IMG/VR virus record: IMGVR_UViG_3300020438_002794
Location: 23,130 to 87,129 of that record
Origin: a virus
Reading direction: 5' to 3' (one strand)
Length of the DNA: 64,000 bases
In this document: positions 48,381-58,146 of the stretch, piece by piece
Layout: each line of letters begins with the position of its first letter
Numbering within the stretch: position 1 is the first letter of the stretch
Notes under the pieces: generated by a model
What the model saw: only the letters and a program-made list of their open reading frames with translations
What the model was told of the DNA's origin: nothing
The model's database searches: none
Position numbers and translations under genes: made by a program

Positions 48381-51134
48381 TTATCCTAACATAATATCTT
48401 TTAAAAATTGTGGTGCATTTTTAGCTCTTATTCTACCACTAGCATCTGGTAGTCCGCCCCAATAAGCACTACCTCCTGGTGCTTGTCCAAATTGTTTAGC
48501 AATGTCTATATGAAATCCATTATTTCCCATATATCCATTACCAGCACCTATGCCAGTTGCGCCTGCACGTTTAGCTTCAGCTAAAAAGTTTTGTATTAGT
48601 GGAACGTCTGCCGGATTGCTTAAACTTAAATTTCTACCAGAGGCATTTTGTATTCTAATATCAGCCGCCGCTCCGTTGTCGTGTCGTCTTGTACCTGTTC
48701 TATTTCCACCAGAAGCTATATCAGGTTGTCCTCCACTGTATACAACTACACTTAGCCCGCTATTATCAGCCGCAGTTTGTAATATACTTTTAAGTTCAGG
48801 TTTGATTTCTTGATTTCGTATTGTACCACTAGAATTAATTTGAGATTCTATTACATTAGGATTAGCTACATCACCATCTTCTACTTCACCTAAGCTAGAC
48901 CCGGGTTGCTGTTCTGTTTCTGAACCTGATTGTTCGCCTTCACCTTGCTCTTCTGGAGTTTTCAATGCTGGTCTTTGTTTTTCTTGTTCCATATCTATTT
49001 CACCAGAATTCAAATACTCCCACATCATACCTACATTTGTATTTGTATCTCTGTAACTTTGCAATGTCATTGTAAACTGTCCTTCAGAATAACTTGCATC
49101 TACTGTGTGAACTCTAAATAATCCTACGATACCATAGTTTGCTTCTGGTATACGCATAAGACCTGTGTCTTGGTCTGGATAAGTTGGAAAATCTAAATTT
49201 AAAAAGTAACTAACACCTCCTCTAGTATAGTCTGCGCCTTCTAGTGTTGCTTTTCGACTTTTAGGTCTACCTAACCAATAAGGATCTCCTCTTACTGTAA
49301 TTTGTTGTTGTACTAGATCACCTAAACTTTCTAAATTCAGTTCTACCGCCCCTAAGAATACTGCACCAGCTGTATCACCTTCATCTGGCCCATTGGTTGC
49401 TTTACTATTAATAGGCGCAATATCGTGTGTAAGAGGAAAATTAGTATATTCTTCATTATTTTTATTAACACCAAATAGCTCGCTTTGTGTTAAGTATCTT
49501 CCAGTCTGGTTATTAAATGCTCCGTTGTTTACACGATTCTCTGCTTTTATTTGTTGTTCAAGTGCTATAACTTGATCTTCTATTGGACCTTTACTAGCTT
49601 CTAGTGATTTTATTTCGTCCTCTGCACTTTTAATATCTTGCTGTACTGATTCAATTTTAGCTTCGCCTCTTTTTGCTTCATTTGGATTAAGTAGTACAAG
49701 GTCATCTTGGAAATTTTTAAGTTGACCTTGGTTTTCTCTGATGAGAGCTTTTTGTGCATCAATTTGTTCATTAATCTCTAATAGTGCAGTTTTTTTAATA
49801 TTAAATTCACTACCAGGTGTACCTTCTCCGCCGAATGTATTAGCTACAAATCTACCAGCACCTTGATTCAATGCTTGTATTTGATAATAAGTTGTGTTGA
49901 GATAGATATCTAAATTTAAAACTTCAGTATTAAGACCTGTATGATAATAATCAAATCGTTTCTTTAAAAGATCTTTTCTAATAATATTTTGTAAACGTTC
50001 TTTTTGTATACTTCGACTTTTAATAACTTCTTCGTATGAATCAACATCGTGATGAAGTTCAGGTACAGCAATAGCATGTACATTAATTGTTATTTCTTTA
50101 GCCCAATCTCTTGATATTGGATCGTACATTTGATACACAGTATCGGTATCGAACACAATCCATTGACTTAAATCTTTCCATGTAGTTGCTTTAGCTTTTG
50201 GATCATCGGGATTGTCTTTGTGAAAGCCTCCTTCATCTGTTGGAAGTTTTCTGTATTCTGTTGTTTGAAATAAAGCCATTACAATAAGGTCAGTAAGTCT
50301 TGTACCTTTTGGTATAGTAAAAGTTAAATTTCCAGTACCAGTTACACTAACATTTCCTAAGTCAACATTACCTGCACTTGAATTTTGACCAGCTGGTCCT
50401 TCAGATGAGTCTGGACTTGCTCCAAAAGACCATTCTAAGAATGGGCTAGCTTTTTCAGTAACACCAAATACATAGTCATGTGATAAAGATCTACCTGAGC
50501 TATTTGCAACTTGTTTATCTTCTTGAAGATTAACTTGTTTTTGCAGTCCTTCTAAGAATCCTCCAAAAGTACTTGCCGCTACAGTCATATCTTGTTTTGT
50601 AGTAAGTATTAGTTTTTTGAAAGCATCTTGTGTTGTTTCAATTAAATCTGCTCTATACTGTGTAGCGCCTTCACTGTATGCAAAGTCTAAAGCTGTCATC
50701 GTACACATCCAATAGTAAGGAGGTGTAATATTCTGTGTCGGTGCTCCGTCTTGTTCGTATCCTATAAACTTTAGTTCTAACAAATATGCGGCTTTTAAAT
50801 GATTTACAATTCCTAAGTCTTGAGCGGCTTGAGCAATTCTTGTATATAGTGTAGCACCACCTGGTTCAACTAAATTAAAACTAAAAACATTTGCTACTGC
50901 TTCTCTGTTAACAGCTTGTTTGTTAAATGCTAGTTTTAGATTTTGTTGCACACTTTGGATATTAATCTCAGCTTCTACACCGCTTTGAGCAATTATTTTT
51001 ACATTGTTCGAGTTAATAACTTGATCATACTTGTTCACATCTTCTGGACGTACCATATACATGGTCCAGTTATAAGTTACATTGTCATACCCATTGAGTA
51101 TATTATCTTCGTAAAATTGAACTTTTCCAGCCAT
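48381..51134 (-). CDS. Baseplate hub (gp27-like) with C-terminal M15-type Zn peptidase
   Basis: VRGDPYWL, FSEG-type YSEGQFTMTL hub motifs; C-term SGG..RHDNGAAADI..GIG..FHID (LAS metallopeptidase ligands). Confidence 0.7.
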   Translation of the reverse strand: MAGKVQFYEDNILNGYDNVTYNWTMYMVRPEDVNKYDQVINSNNVKIIAQSGVEAEINIQSVQQNLKLAFNKQAVNREAVANVFSFNLVEPGGATLYTRIAQAAQDLGIVNHLKAAYLLELKFIGYEQDGAPTQNITPPYYWMCTMTALDFAYSEGATQYRADLIETTQDAFKKLILTTKQDMTVAASTFGGFLEGLQKQVNLQEDKQVANSSGRSLSHDYVFGVTEKASPFLEWSFGASPDSSEGPAGQNSSAGNVDLGNVSVTGTGNLTFTIPKGTRLTDLIVMALFQTTEYRKLPTDEGGFHKDNPDDPKAKATTWKDLSQWIVFDTDTVYQMYDPISRDWAKEITINVHAIAVPELHHDVDSYEEVIKSRSIQKERLQNIIRKDLLKKRFDYYHTGLNTEVLNLDIYLNTTYYQIQALNQGAGRFVANTFGGEGTPGSEFNIKKTALLEINEQIDAQKALIRENQGQLKNFQDDLVLLNPNEAKRGEAKIESVQQDIKSAEDEIKSLEASKGPIEDQVIALEQQIKAENRVNNGAFNNQTGRYLTQSELFGVNKNNEEYTNFPLTHDIAPINSKATNGPDEGDTAGAVFLGAVELNLESLGDLVQQQITVRGDPYWLGRPKSRKATLEGADYTRGGVSYFLNLDFPTYPDQDTGLMRIPEANYGIVGLFRVHTVDASYSEGQFTMTLQSYRDTNTNVGMMWEYLNSGEIDMEQEKQRPALKTPEEQGEGEQSGSETEQQPGSSLGEVEDGDVANPNVIESQINSSGTIRNQEIKPELKSILQTAADNSGLSVVVYSGGQPDIASGGNRTGTRRHDNGAAADIRIQNASGRNLSLSNPADVPLIQNFLAEAKRAGATGIGAGNGYMGNNGFHIDIAKQFGQAPGGSAYWGGLPDASGRIRAKNAPQFLKDIMLG

Positions 51135-51433
51135 TAGTTTGTCCCGGTAGGTCTGTAATTCTTAGGTACAACTATCCTAGTTCCTGAGATAAAATCCATG
51201 ATCGGGTCAGTGAGTTTATCTCTATTGTAATGTGCAAACACCCACCATAGTCTTGAACTTCCATACATATCAAACGCTAACAAATCTGGTCGTTTATTGT
51301 ACTTTGGTTGTATTATCAAAGTAGTTGTTTCTTCTGTCAGATTTTCAATAGTCAATGGAGGTTGATACAAGTCAAGGTACTTTTTATTGACAGAAGTTAA
51401 AGCATAGTTACTTTTATTATCGTATCTCTTCAT
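51134..51433 (-). CDS. gp53: Baseplate wedge gp53-like (LysM/tail-X-like)
   Basis: RPDLLAFDMYGSSRLWWVFA..N..P..G..I.VP. Confidence 0.85.
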   Translation of the reverse strand: MKRYDNKSNYALTSVNKKYLDLYQPPLTIENLTEETTTLIIQPKYNKRPDLLAFDMYGSSRLWWVFAHYNRDKLTDPIMDFISGTRIVVPKNYRPTGTN

Positions 51434-52035
51434 TAAATAAATCCATTTTGATATGCACGACCGCTAATAAAATCGTTAGTAGTAAACTTACTTTTTTGTC
51501 TGTCTGGGTTTTGTTGTACTGCTAATCCAACAAACATGTTCATCATTACAGGTATTTGTGTATCTCCATCAAATAATTTTAAATCTACATTACTATCATA
51601 TGTTGTACTAAACTGTGTTACTACGACCGGAATATTATTAAACTGTTTCTGTCCAAATGCACTAAAATTTAATACTGGAGGAGGAGTACCTGCTACAGGT
51701 GAGTTTTGATTAAGCCCAAAAAACATTTTTGAAACACTTCTCAAAAAATGTAATACAGCATATGTATATCTAGCTTCGTCGTCTGTAACACTAGCAAATT
51801 GACAAGTCAATTGTATGTCTGGACTTGGCGTATTTCTATACGCTTGGTATGTATAATTTGTGTGTGTTAGATCATATGCTGAATATGATACACTTTGCGA
51901 ATATGTAATATCAGGCTGTATAGGGAACATGATACCTCTATGTACCTGTAATGGAGCCGCAGGTCCATTAAAGTAAAGCGAAGGAGCATTTCTTTTTAAG
52001 GTCAATTTAACACGGTTTTTACTTAGCACTGTCAT
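51433..52035 (-). CDS. Baseplate tail-tube initiator-like protein
   Basis: FPIQP, THTNY, FLRSVSKMFFG, GTPPPVL.FSAFG..NIPVVV. Confidence 0.7.
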   Translation of the reverse strand: MTVLSKNRVKLTLKRNAPSLYFNGPAAPLQVHRGIMFPIQPDITYSQSVSYSAYDLTHTNYTYQAYRNTPSPDIQLTCQFASVTDDEARYTYAVLHFLRSVSKMFFGLNQNSPVAGTPPPVLNFSAFGQKQFNNIPVVVTQFSTTYDSNVDLKLFDGDTQIPVMMNMFVGLAVQQNPDRQKSKFTTNDFISGRAYQNGFI

Positions 52036-52612
52036 TAAGTTTGTCCTTTATAAATTCGTACATTTTGGGCTCAATAGTGCCAAAAAATTCTCTAAAAATC
52101 ATCATCTTTTGATTGTCATTTAGGTTGTCCATCTTCATTGCATTCCTAAAATCAGTAGCACTCATGCCGCCTTCTTGTATCCCTACTTCTAGTATATAAG
52201 CGCCTTGGTCACTGGGTACCATTTCTTGTCCTACAACGTAATCTCTGAGAAAACCACCTCGCTTTAGTCTACCTGCATCTTTAGCACTAAACACTAATAC
52301 CACCGCTGTATCATCAGGGTTTTTGCCTGTTAGTTTTACATCTGGTCTGTATGGTTGTGTTTGTACAACTTTGTCCATTGGTATATTAAACATGCCATTC
52401 ATAATCTGTTTCTTCTCATCAAAGCTAAATGGATCACGTTCTGGAGTAGCAGTCTTGCTAACTGTAGTAGCGATAAATACGTTAGAGGAACCAAACTGTT
52501 CCACTAGATCCATATACACTTTGTGATGACCTTTATGCATTGGCTGAAATCTTCCACCATAAAATACAGCAACGTCTTTTGCTATATCTTCTGTCAGTTG
52601 CGTTAATCTCAT
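52019..52612 (-). CDS. HIGH-motif nucleotidyltransferase (cytidylyltransferase-like)
   Basis: YGGRFQPMHKGH, DPFSFDEK, MSATDFR. Confidence 0.85.
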   Translation of the reverse strand: MRLTQLTEDIAKDVAVFYGGRFQPMHKGHHKVYMDLVEQFGSSNVFIATTVSKTATPERDPFSFDEKKQIMNGMFNIPMDKVVQTQPYRPDVKLTGKNPDDTAVVLVFSAKDAGRLKRGGFLRDYVVGQEMVPSDQGAYILEVGIQEGGMSATDFRNAMKMDNLNDNQKMMIFREFFGTIEPKMYEFIKDKLNDSAK

Positions 52613-52630
52613 GGTCTTCTCCTATAGTTG

Positions 52631-52659
52631 TATTTATAGAATAATTATATGTGTAGTTA
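52631..52659 (-). promoter_or_regulatory. T4-type late promoter plus upstream conserved box, heading the baseplate operon
   Basis: TAACTACACATATAA-N6-TATAAATA, then AGGAG RBS. Confidence 0.75.
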
Positions 52660-52688
52660 TTGACAAGTGTACATTAATTGTGTATACT
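52660..52688 (+). promoter_or_regulatory. Sigma70-type promoter for gp55
   Basis: TTGACA-17 nt-TATACT. Confidence 0.85.
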
Positions 52689-52709
52689 AGCTTTAGATAA
52701 GGAATTAAA

Positions 52710-53588
52710 ATGAGGAAACAAAATTATTTAAACAACAAAGATATGCTTAAAGAAATTCATAAAAGTAAACTTAGTTACTGTTATGTATTAGATGACGAAT
52801 ATAGTAGATTTGATACAATCGTTGAAGACATTGAAGATGTTAAAAAACCTGAAGTTATTCAAACAGCAAAAGAAAATAGAGCCAGACAATTAAGTATTCA
52901 AGCATATGAAACTGCTTATTTAGACTGGTACGATAATACCAGTAGAAAACAAAGTCAAAAACCCAAACAAGTAAATTATAAAATTGATCCAAACACAATA
53001 GACGAAAAAAGTCTAGTGTTTAGAGTAATGACCTACGAACATGTTCCGCTAGAACCTGGTAGAAAAAACAAACCAAAAACTGTAGCAGATCATCATAGTA
53101 AATGTAACTTTCCTCCATTTAAACATTATGCATATGTTAATGATGAAATTAAAGAATGTTTGCGTAGTCATTGGGAAGGTGGTATTGATAATGGAAAATT
53201 TAATACACAACACGGAACTATTACAAATAACCTAGCAAAAATGTATATCAAACTGTGCGAACGTTATAGTATGCGTAGCAACTGGCGTGGATATACATAT
53301 GTAGATGAAATGCGTAGTCATGCACTATTGCAACTATCGCAAATTGGATTACAGTTCAACGAACTAAAAAGTGAAAATCCATTTGCATATTATACAGCCG
53401 CAGTTACTAATAGTTTTACAAGAGTACTAAACCTTGAGAAACGCAATCAAAACATAAGAGATGACCTACTGCAAGAAGCAGGTCAAATGCCTAGCTGGAC
53501 CCGACAAATTGAACATGAAATGGCAGAAAGAGCTAAGTGGGACGAAAAAACCGACAAAGAACGTAAAGAACATGGTTACAACGTTTAG
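52710..53588 (+). CDS. gp55: Late-transcription sigma factor gp55-like
   Basis: NYLNNKD start, SNWRGYTYVDEM, FNELKSENPFAYYT..NSF..EKR; directly upstream of gp47/gp46 as in T4. Confidence 0.88.
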   Translation: MRKQNYLNNKDMLKEIHKSKLSYCYVLDDEYSRFDTIVEDIEDVKKPEVIQTAKENRARQLSIQAYETAYLDWYDNTSRKQSQKPKQVNYKIDPNTIDEKSLVFRVMTYEHVPLEPGRKNKPKTVADHHSKCNFPPFKHYAYVNDEIKECLRSHWEGGIDNGKFNTQHGTITNNLAKMYIKLCERYSMRSNWRGYTYVDEMRSHALLQLSQIGLQFNELKSENPFAYYTAAVTNSFTRVLNLEKRNQNIRDDLLQEAGQMPSWTRQIEHEMAERAKWDEKTDKERKEHGYNV

Positions 53589-53591
53589 GCG

Positions 53592-53620
53592 TTGACAAGG
53601 TATAGTTATGAAGCTATACT
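53592..53620 (+). promoter_or_regulatory. Sigma70-type promoter for gp47/gp46
   Basis: TTGACA-17 nt-TATACT. Confidence 0.85.
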
Positions 53621-53653
53621 AAGTGAAAGTTTAAACTGAGTGAACGGAGTTCC

Positions 53654-54670
53654 ATGACATTCTTTAACCGTGCGGCTTGTTTTACGGATATACATTTCGG
53701 AAACAAGAATAATAGCAAACAACACAATCGTGACTGTGTAGACTTTATTGATTGGTTTGTTGAGCAAGCCAAAGAAAAAAACTGTGAAACTTGCATATTC
53801 TTAGGAGATTGGCACCATCATCGTGCCAGTGTAAACGTGAGTACACTTAACTATAGTGTGGAAAACGTAGCAAAGCTCAGTAAAGCATTTAAACAAGTTT
53901 ATATGATTACTGGCAACCATGATTTATATTACAGAGAAAAACGTGACTATAACAGTTTGCCTTATGCAGAACTTTTTGATAATGTGCATCTTATAAACGA
54001 GCAAACACTAGTACAAGATGATGTAGCACTTGTTCCTTGGTTAGTTGGAGATGAGTGGACACAAGTAAGCAAGACCAAATGTAGATATATGTTTGGTCAT
54101 TTTGAATTGCCTTACTTTAAGATGAATGCCATGGTAGAAATGCCAGATCACGGACAACTGAATGCAGAACACTTGCAAGGGCCTGAGTATGTGTTTACTG
54201 GACACTTTCACAAAAGGCAAAACAAAGGCAATGTACACTACTTAGGATCACCTTTTCCACACAACTATGCTGATGCTTGGGATGATGAGCGTGGCATGAT
54301 GGTATTAGAATGGGGAGGTAAGCCTGAGTATATTGACTTTGCAGGTCCACGATATAGAACTGTACCATTGAGTAGATTGATTGACGAACCAGATGTAATA
54401 CTTAATGATAAAACTTATTGTAGAGCTACATTGGATATTGCAATAAGTTACGAAGAAGCAACTTTTATTAAAGAAACGTTTAGTCAACAGTATGGTGTAA
54501 GAGAGATAACACTTATGCCTACTAAGAAAGAAGAACATGCACAAGACTGGCGGGTAGTAGACGATATTGAAGTTGAAAATGTAGACCAGATAGTGTATAA
54601 TAGCTTAAATGCTGTGGACAGCGATTTAATAGATAAGAAACTGCTAGTGGACATATATAACAACTTATGA
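53654..54670 (+). CDS. gp47: Recombination endonuclease subunit (Mre11/SbcD-like)
   Basis: TDIHFG, LGD, GNHD, GHFE, GHFH, YLGSP metallophosphoesterase motifs. Confidence 0.95.
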   Translation: MTFFNRAACFTDIHFGNKNNSKQHNRDCVDFIDWFVEQAKEKNCETCIFLGDWHHHRASVNVSTLNYSVENVAKLSKAFKQVYMITGNHDLYYREKRDYNSLPYAELFDNVHLINEQTLVQDDVALVPWLVGDEWTQVSKTKCRYMFGHFELPYFKMNAMVEMPDHGQLNAEHLQGPEYVFTGHFHKRQNKGNVHYLGSPFPHNYADAWDDERGMMVLEWGGKPEYIDFAGPRYRTVPLSRLIDEPDVILNDKTYCRATLDIAISYEEATFIKETFSQQYGVREITLMPTKKEEHAQDWRVVDDIEVENVDQIVYNSLNAVDSDLIDKKLLVDIYNNL

Positions 54671-56436
54671 TTACAATTAAAGACTTAACAGTTAAAAACT
54701 TTATGAGTGTCGGCAACGTTACACAGGCTGTACGTTTTACTAACAATGGACTAACACTTGTACTTGGAAACAATGTAGACTTAGGCGGAGACGGCAGTCG
54801 TAATGGTACTGGCAAGACTACTATTATCAATGCACTTAGCTATGCTATCTACGGAAATGCACTTACAAATATAAGAAAAGATAATTTAATAAACAAAACC
54901 AACGGCAAAAGTATGTTAGTTACACTGGATTTTGTTAAAGATGGTATACAATACCGCATTGAACGAGGTAGAAAGCCTAATGTGCTTAAATACTATGTCA
55001 ACAATGAAAATGTTGAAGAAGATGAAGCACAAGGTGAGAATCGTCAAACTCAAGCACAAATAGAAAAACTGTTTGGTATGAGTCATGACATGTTCAAACA
55101 CATTGTTGCACTCAATACATACACAGAACCTTTTCTCAGTATGCGAGCAAATGACCAGCGAGCAATTATTGAGCAGTTACTAGGTATAACAATGCTTAGT
55201 GAAAAAGCAGAGGTTCTCAAAGAACAACAAAGGTTAACGAGAGATGCAATTAAAGAAGAAGAGTATCGAATTAGTGCAGTTGAAGAGGCAAATTCCAGGA
55301 TTGAGAAAAGTATCAGTGATTTGGAACGCAGGCAGAAAATTTGGAGGGATCAGCAAAAAATTACTATCGAAGAACTCCAACAAAAAATCAACACACTAGA
55401 GAAAATAGATATCCAAACAGAACTTAACAACCACACACAGTTAAGTGATTACCTAGAGAAGAAAAAGCTGAAAGACGAAGCAGAACGTTGGTTATCTAAT
55501 ATTCAAACTGACAATACAAAGCAAGAAAAACTTATTACAAAGTTAGATAAAGAGCTTGCACTACTAGAAGATCACAAGTGTCATGCATGTGGACAAGAAA
55601 TACATGATACTAAACAAGAAGAGATACTGTCTAGTAAACAAAGTTTGCGTAAAGAAGCTAGCGAGCAAATAGCAGTGAACGCTTTAGAAGAACAAGAATG
55701 GGCAGATGCGTTAGAGTCATTAGGCGAGTTAGGTCAAATGCCAGTAACACACTACAATACTGAAACTGAAGCACACAAACATAATATGGAATTGGAAAAC
55801 TTGCGTAGTCAAGTAGACACCAAGGAAAAAGAAAGTGATACATACCAGGAGCAAATAGATAGTCTGCGTGAAACTGGTGTACAAGAAATAACCTGGGATA
55901 CTATTAATCAGTTGAACACGGTAAAAGACCATCAGGACTTTTTATACAAACTGTTGACAAACAAAGACAGTTTTATTAGAAAACGTATTATTGAACAGAA
56001 CTTACAATACTTAAATAGCAGACTAGCTTATTATTTGACCAAGTTAGGATTGCCACATGAGGTTGCATTCCAACCTGATTTAACTGTTGAAATTACAGAG
56101 CTTGGCAGAGATTTAGACTTTGACAATCTTAGTAGAGGAGAACGCAATAGATTGATACTAGGATTGAGTTGGAGTTTTAGAGATGTATTTGAAAGTATGA
56201 ACACACCTATAAACTTTTTAGCAATAGATGAACTTATAGACAGTGGTATGGACACTAATGGTGTTGATGGTGCATTGGGTGTTCTTAAAAAGATAGAACG
56301 TGAACGCAACAAAAACATCTTCTTAATCTCACACAGAGATGAACTAGTAGGTCGTGTAAACACAATACTACAAGTTATTAAAGAAGGTGGCTTTACTACG
56401 TTCAGTACTGATACGGAGTTTGTAGATGCCTCCTAA
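54667..56436 (+). CDS. gp46: Recombination ATPase subunit (Rad50/SbcC-like)
   Basis: KNFMSVG, NGTGKT Walker A, CHAC zinc hook, LSRGE signature, IDE Walker B, ISH. Confidence 0.95.
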   Translation: MITIKDLTVKNFMSVGNVTQAVRFTNNGLTLVLGNNVDLGGDGSRNGTGKTTIINALSYAIYGNALTNIRKDNLINKTNGKSMLVTLDFVKDGIQYRIERGRKPNVLKYYVNNENVEEDEAQGENRQTQAQIEKLFGMSHDMFKHIVALNTYTEPFLSMRANDQRAIIEQLLGITMLSEKAEVLKEQQRLTRDAIKEEEYRISAVEEANSRIEKSISDLERRQKIWRDQQKITIEELQQKINTLEKIDIQTELNNHTQLSDYLEKKKLKDEAERWLSNIQTDNTKQEKLITKLDKELALLEDHKCHACGQEIHDTKQEEILSSKQSLRKEASEQIAVNALEEQEWADALESLGELGQMPVTHYNTETEAHKHNMELENLRSQVDTKEKESDTYQEQIDSLRETGVQEITWDTINQLNTVKDHQDFLYKLLTNKDSFIRKRIIEQNLQYLNSRLAYYLTKLGLPHEVAFQPDLTVEITELGRDLDFDNLSRGERNRLILGLSWSFRDVFESMNTPINFLAIDELIDSGMDTNGVDGALGVLKKIERERNKNIFLISHRDELVGRVNTILQVIKEGGFTTFSTDTEFVDAS

Positions 56437-56662
56437 ACAATTCTGGGAACATTACTGTGAGTATCAGCAAGATATTATGGGATTTCCATTAGGCAAAGAA
56501 TGTGATTGGTGTGGAGAAACAGAACCTACATATAATCATAAACAACACAAGCGAGAAAAATCTGCTTATGAAAAGTTATACGGATATCACCCGCAAGAAT
56601 TATTAACAAAGAAGATATTACCTGTAGACGTATTTTATAAACTTTTTGGAAAAAAACTATGA
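56426..56662 (+). CDS. Hypothetical protein, 78 aa, with CxxC
   Basis: HYC..ECDWCG; overlaps neighbours. Confidence 0.65.
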   Translation: MPPKQFWEHYCEYQQDIMGFPLGKECDWCGETEPTYNHKQHKREKSAYEKLYGYHPQELLTKKILPVDVFYKLFGKKL

Positions 56663-56982
56663 AAGATCACAACGAAGACCAATACACAATACACATTGAT
56701 AGCTTTAATAACAAAGGTCAAAAAGGTGACGATGATTTTGAAACATGGTTAGAGCACGAAGCACCTCTTGTTTCTCCCTCTACTATTACAGCAATTGATA
56801 ACTCATATTCAGTTGATTTATCACAACAGGCTACATGCACAAGTACAATAATGTCATCAAATGTTGGAACTATAACTTTAACAGGAACAGGACATCATGC
56901 ATTAAGAAAACAAAAAAAGTTGCCAATTGACTTACTATACAAATGGTATCCTGAACAAATGAAAGAACAAAATGAAGAATAA
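56659..56982 (+). CDS. Hypothetical protein, 107 aa
   Basis: ATGA-type overlap with upstream gene; overlaps downstream gene. Confidence 0.65.
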   Translation: MKDHNEDQYTIHIDSFNNKGQKGDDDFETWLEHEAPLVSPSTITAIDNSYSVDLSQQATCTSTIMSSNVGTITLTGTGHHALRKQKKLPIDLLYKWYPEQMKEQNEE

Positions 56983-57664
56983 AATTTTTATGTTCGATGT
57001 TGACGGCACACTTACAGACCCAAGACGTACAATAGTACCAGAGTTTAAGGAGTTTATGTTTGACTTTGTTGCAAACAATACATGTATGATTGTAACAGGA
57101 AGTGATAGACCTAAGACTGTAGAACAAATTGGGGAAGATCTCACTAACAGTTTTGCAAGAGTATATCATTGCAGTGGCAACCATGTGTTTGTTAGCGGTG
57201 AGGAAGTATACAAAAGCGATTGGACATTAACAGAAGCTCAACAAACTTTTTTACAAACTATACTACCTAGTTTTGGTTATCCTGAAATGACTGGTAATCA
57301 TATCGAACAGCGTACAGGAACCGCAAACTTTAGTATAGTAGGGCGTAATGCTGATTGGGATCAACGTGCTAGATATGCTGATTGGGAAAAGTCTAATCGA
57401 GGTAGAGATACAGTAGCAATGTATTACAATCAAGAATTCGATGATAGCATTGCTCAAGTAGCTGGACAGACCAGCATAGATATTTTTAAGAAAGGCTGTG
57501 ACAAGAGTCAAGCTATAAGAGAACATGAAGGTACAACAATTTATTTTGGTGACCATTGTAACCCAGGCGGTAATGATTTTACAGCCGCACAAGCAAGCAC
57601 AAGTTTTCATCAGATTGACCAAGGATATAAACAAACTTGGGAAATCTTAAAAAACATGTACTAA
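56972..57664 (+). CDS. HAD-IIB hydrolase, eukaryote-type phosphomannomutase-like
   Basis: FDVDGTLT, VTGSD, IEQR..NFSIVGR, GQTSIDI..G.DK, FGD..PGGND. Confidence 0.88.
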   Translation: MKNKIFMFDVDGTLTDPRRTIVPEFKEFMFDFVANNTCMIVTGSDRPKTVEQIGEDLTNSFARVYHCSGNHVFVSGEEVYKSDWTLTEAQQTFLQTILPSFGYPEMTGNHIEQRTGTANFSIVGRNADWDQRARYADWEKSNRGRDTVAMYYNQEFDDSIAQVAGQTSIDIFKKGCDKSQAIREHEGTTIYFGDHCNPGGNDFTAAQASTSFHQIDQGYKQTWEILKNMY

Positions 57665-57669
57665 ACCGG

Positions 57670-57699
57670 TTGACAAAGGGTAGAAAAGATATATATAAT
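57670..57699 (+). promoter_or_regulatory. Sigma70-type promoter for the GIY-YIG gene
   Basis: TTGACA-18 nt-TATAAT. Confidence 0.7.
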
Positions 57700-57717
57700 T
57701 GTTGCTAATAAACAAAT

Positions 57718-58146
57718 ATGCAATGGACTTATCAAGGCAAAATAGTAGAAGAAATAAGTGAGGAATACATAGGGTTTGTATATCTTATTACTAATCTCAC
57801 AAACGGCAAAAAGTATATTGGCAAAAAACTAGCAAAGTTTAAAGTAACTAAAAAACCACTCAAAGGCAAGAAAAATAAAAGACGTTCAACTAAAGAAAGT
57901 GACTGGAGAACTTATTGGGGAAGCAGTGACCATTTAAACGCAGATGTTGAACAATTAGGCCCAGAAAACTTCACAAGAGAAATACTGTACTACTGCACCA
58001 GCAGAGGCGAACTAAGTTACTTAGAAGCCAAAGAACAGTTTGACCGTGAAGTTCTTAAAACTGATGAATACTATAACGGCATTATAAACGTAAGAGTTGG
58101 CAGTTCCAAGGCACTTGTAGAATCACTAAACAGACACCAGTCGTAA
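57718..58146 (+). CDS. Stand-alone GIY-YIG endonuclease (Seg-like catalytic domain only)
   Basis: GFVYLITN..KKYIGKK, YWGSS, FTREIL, catalytic E in YLEAKEQF, YYN. Confidence 0.92.
   Translation: MQWTYQGKIVEEISEEYIGFVYLITNLTNGKKYIGKKLAKFKVTKKPLKGKKNKRRSTKESDWRTYWGSSDHLNADVEQLGPENFTREILYYCTSRGELSYLEAKEQFDREVLKTDEYYNGIINVRVGSSKALVESLNRHQS

Noticed and set aside
30967-51137. Many + strand ORFs of 60-160 aa opposite the structural genes
   Set aside because: Antisense shadows rich in V/L/A/P produced by codon bias of the real genes; no RBS or motifs
57718-58146. Intron-encoded or mobile homing endonuclease
   Set aside because: Free-standing with its own promoter, no split gene around it and no C-terminal DNA-binding domain
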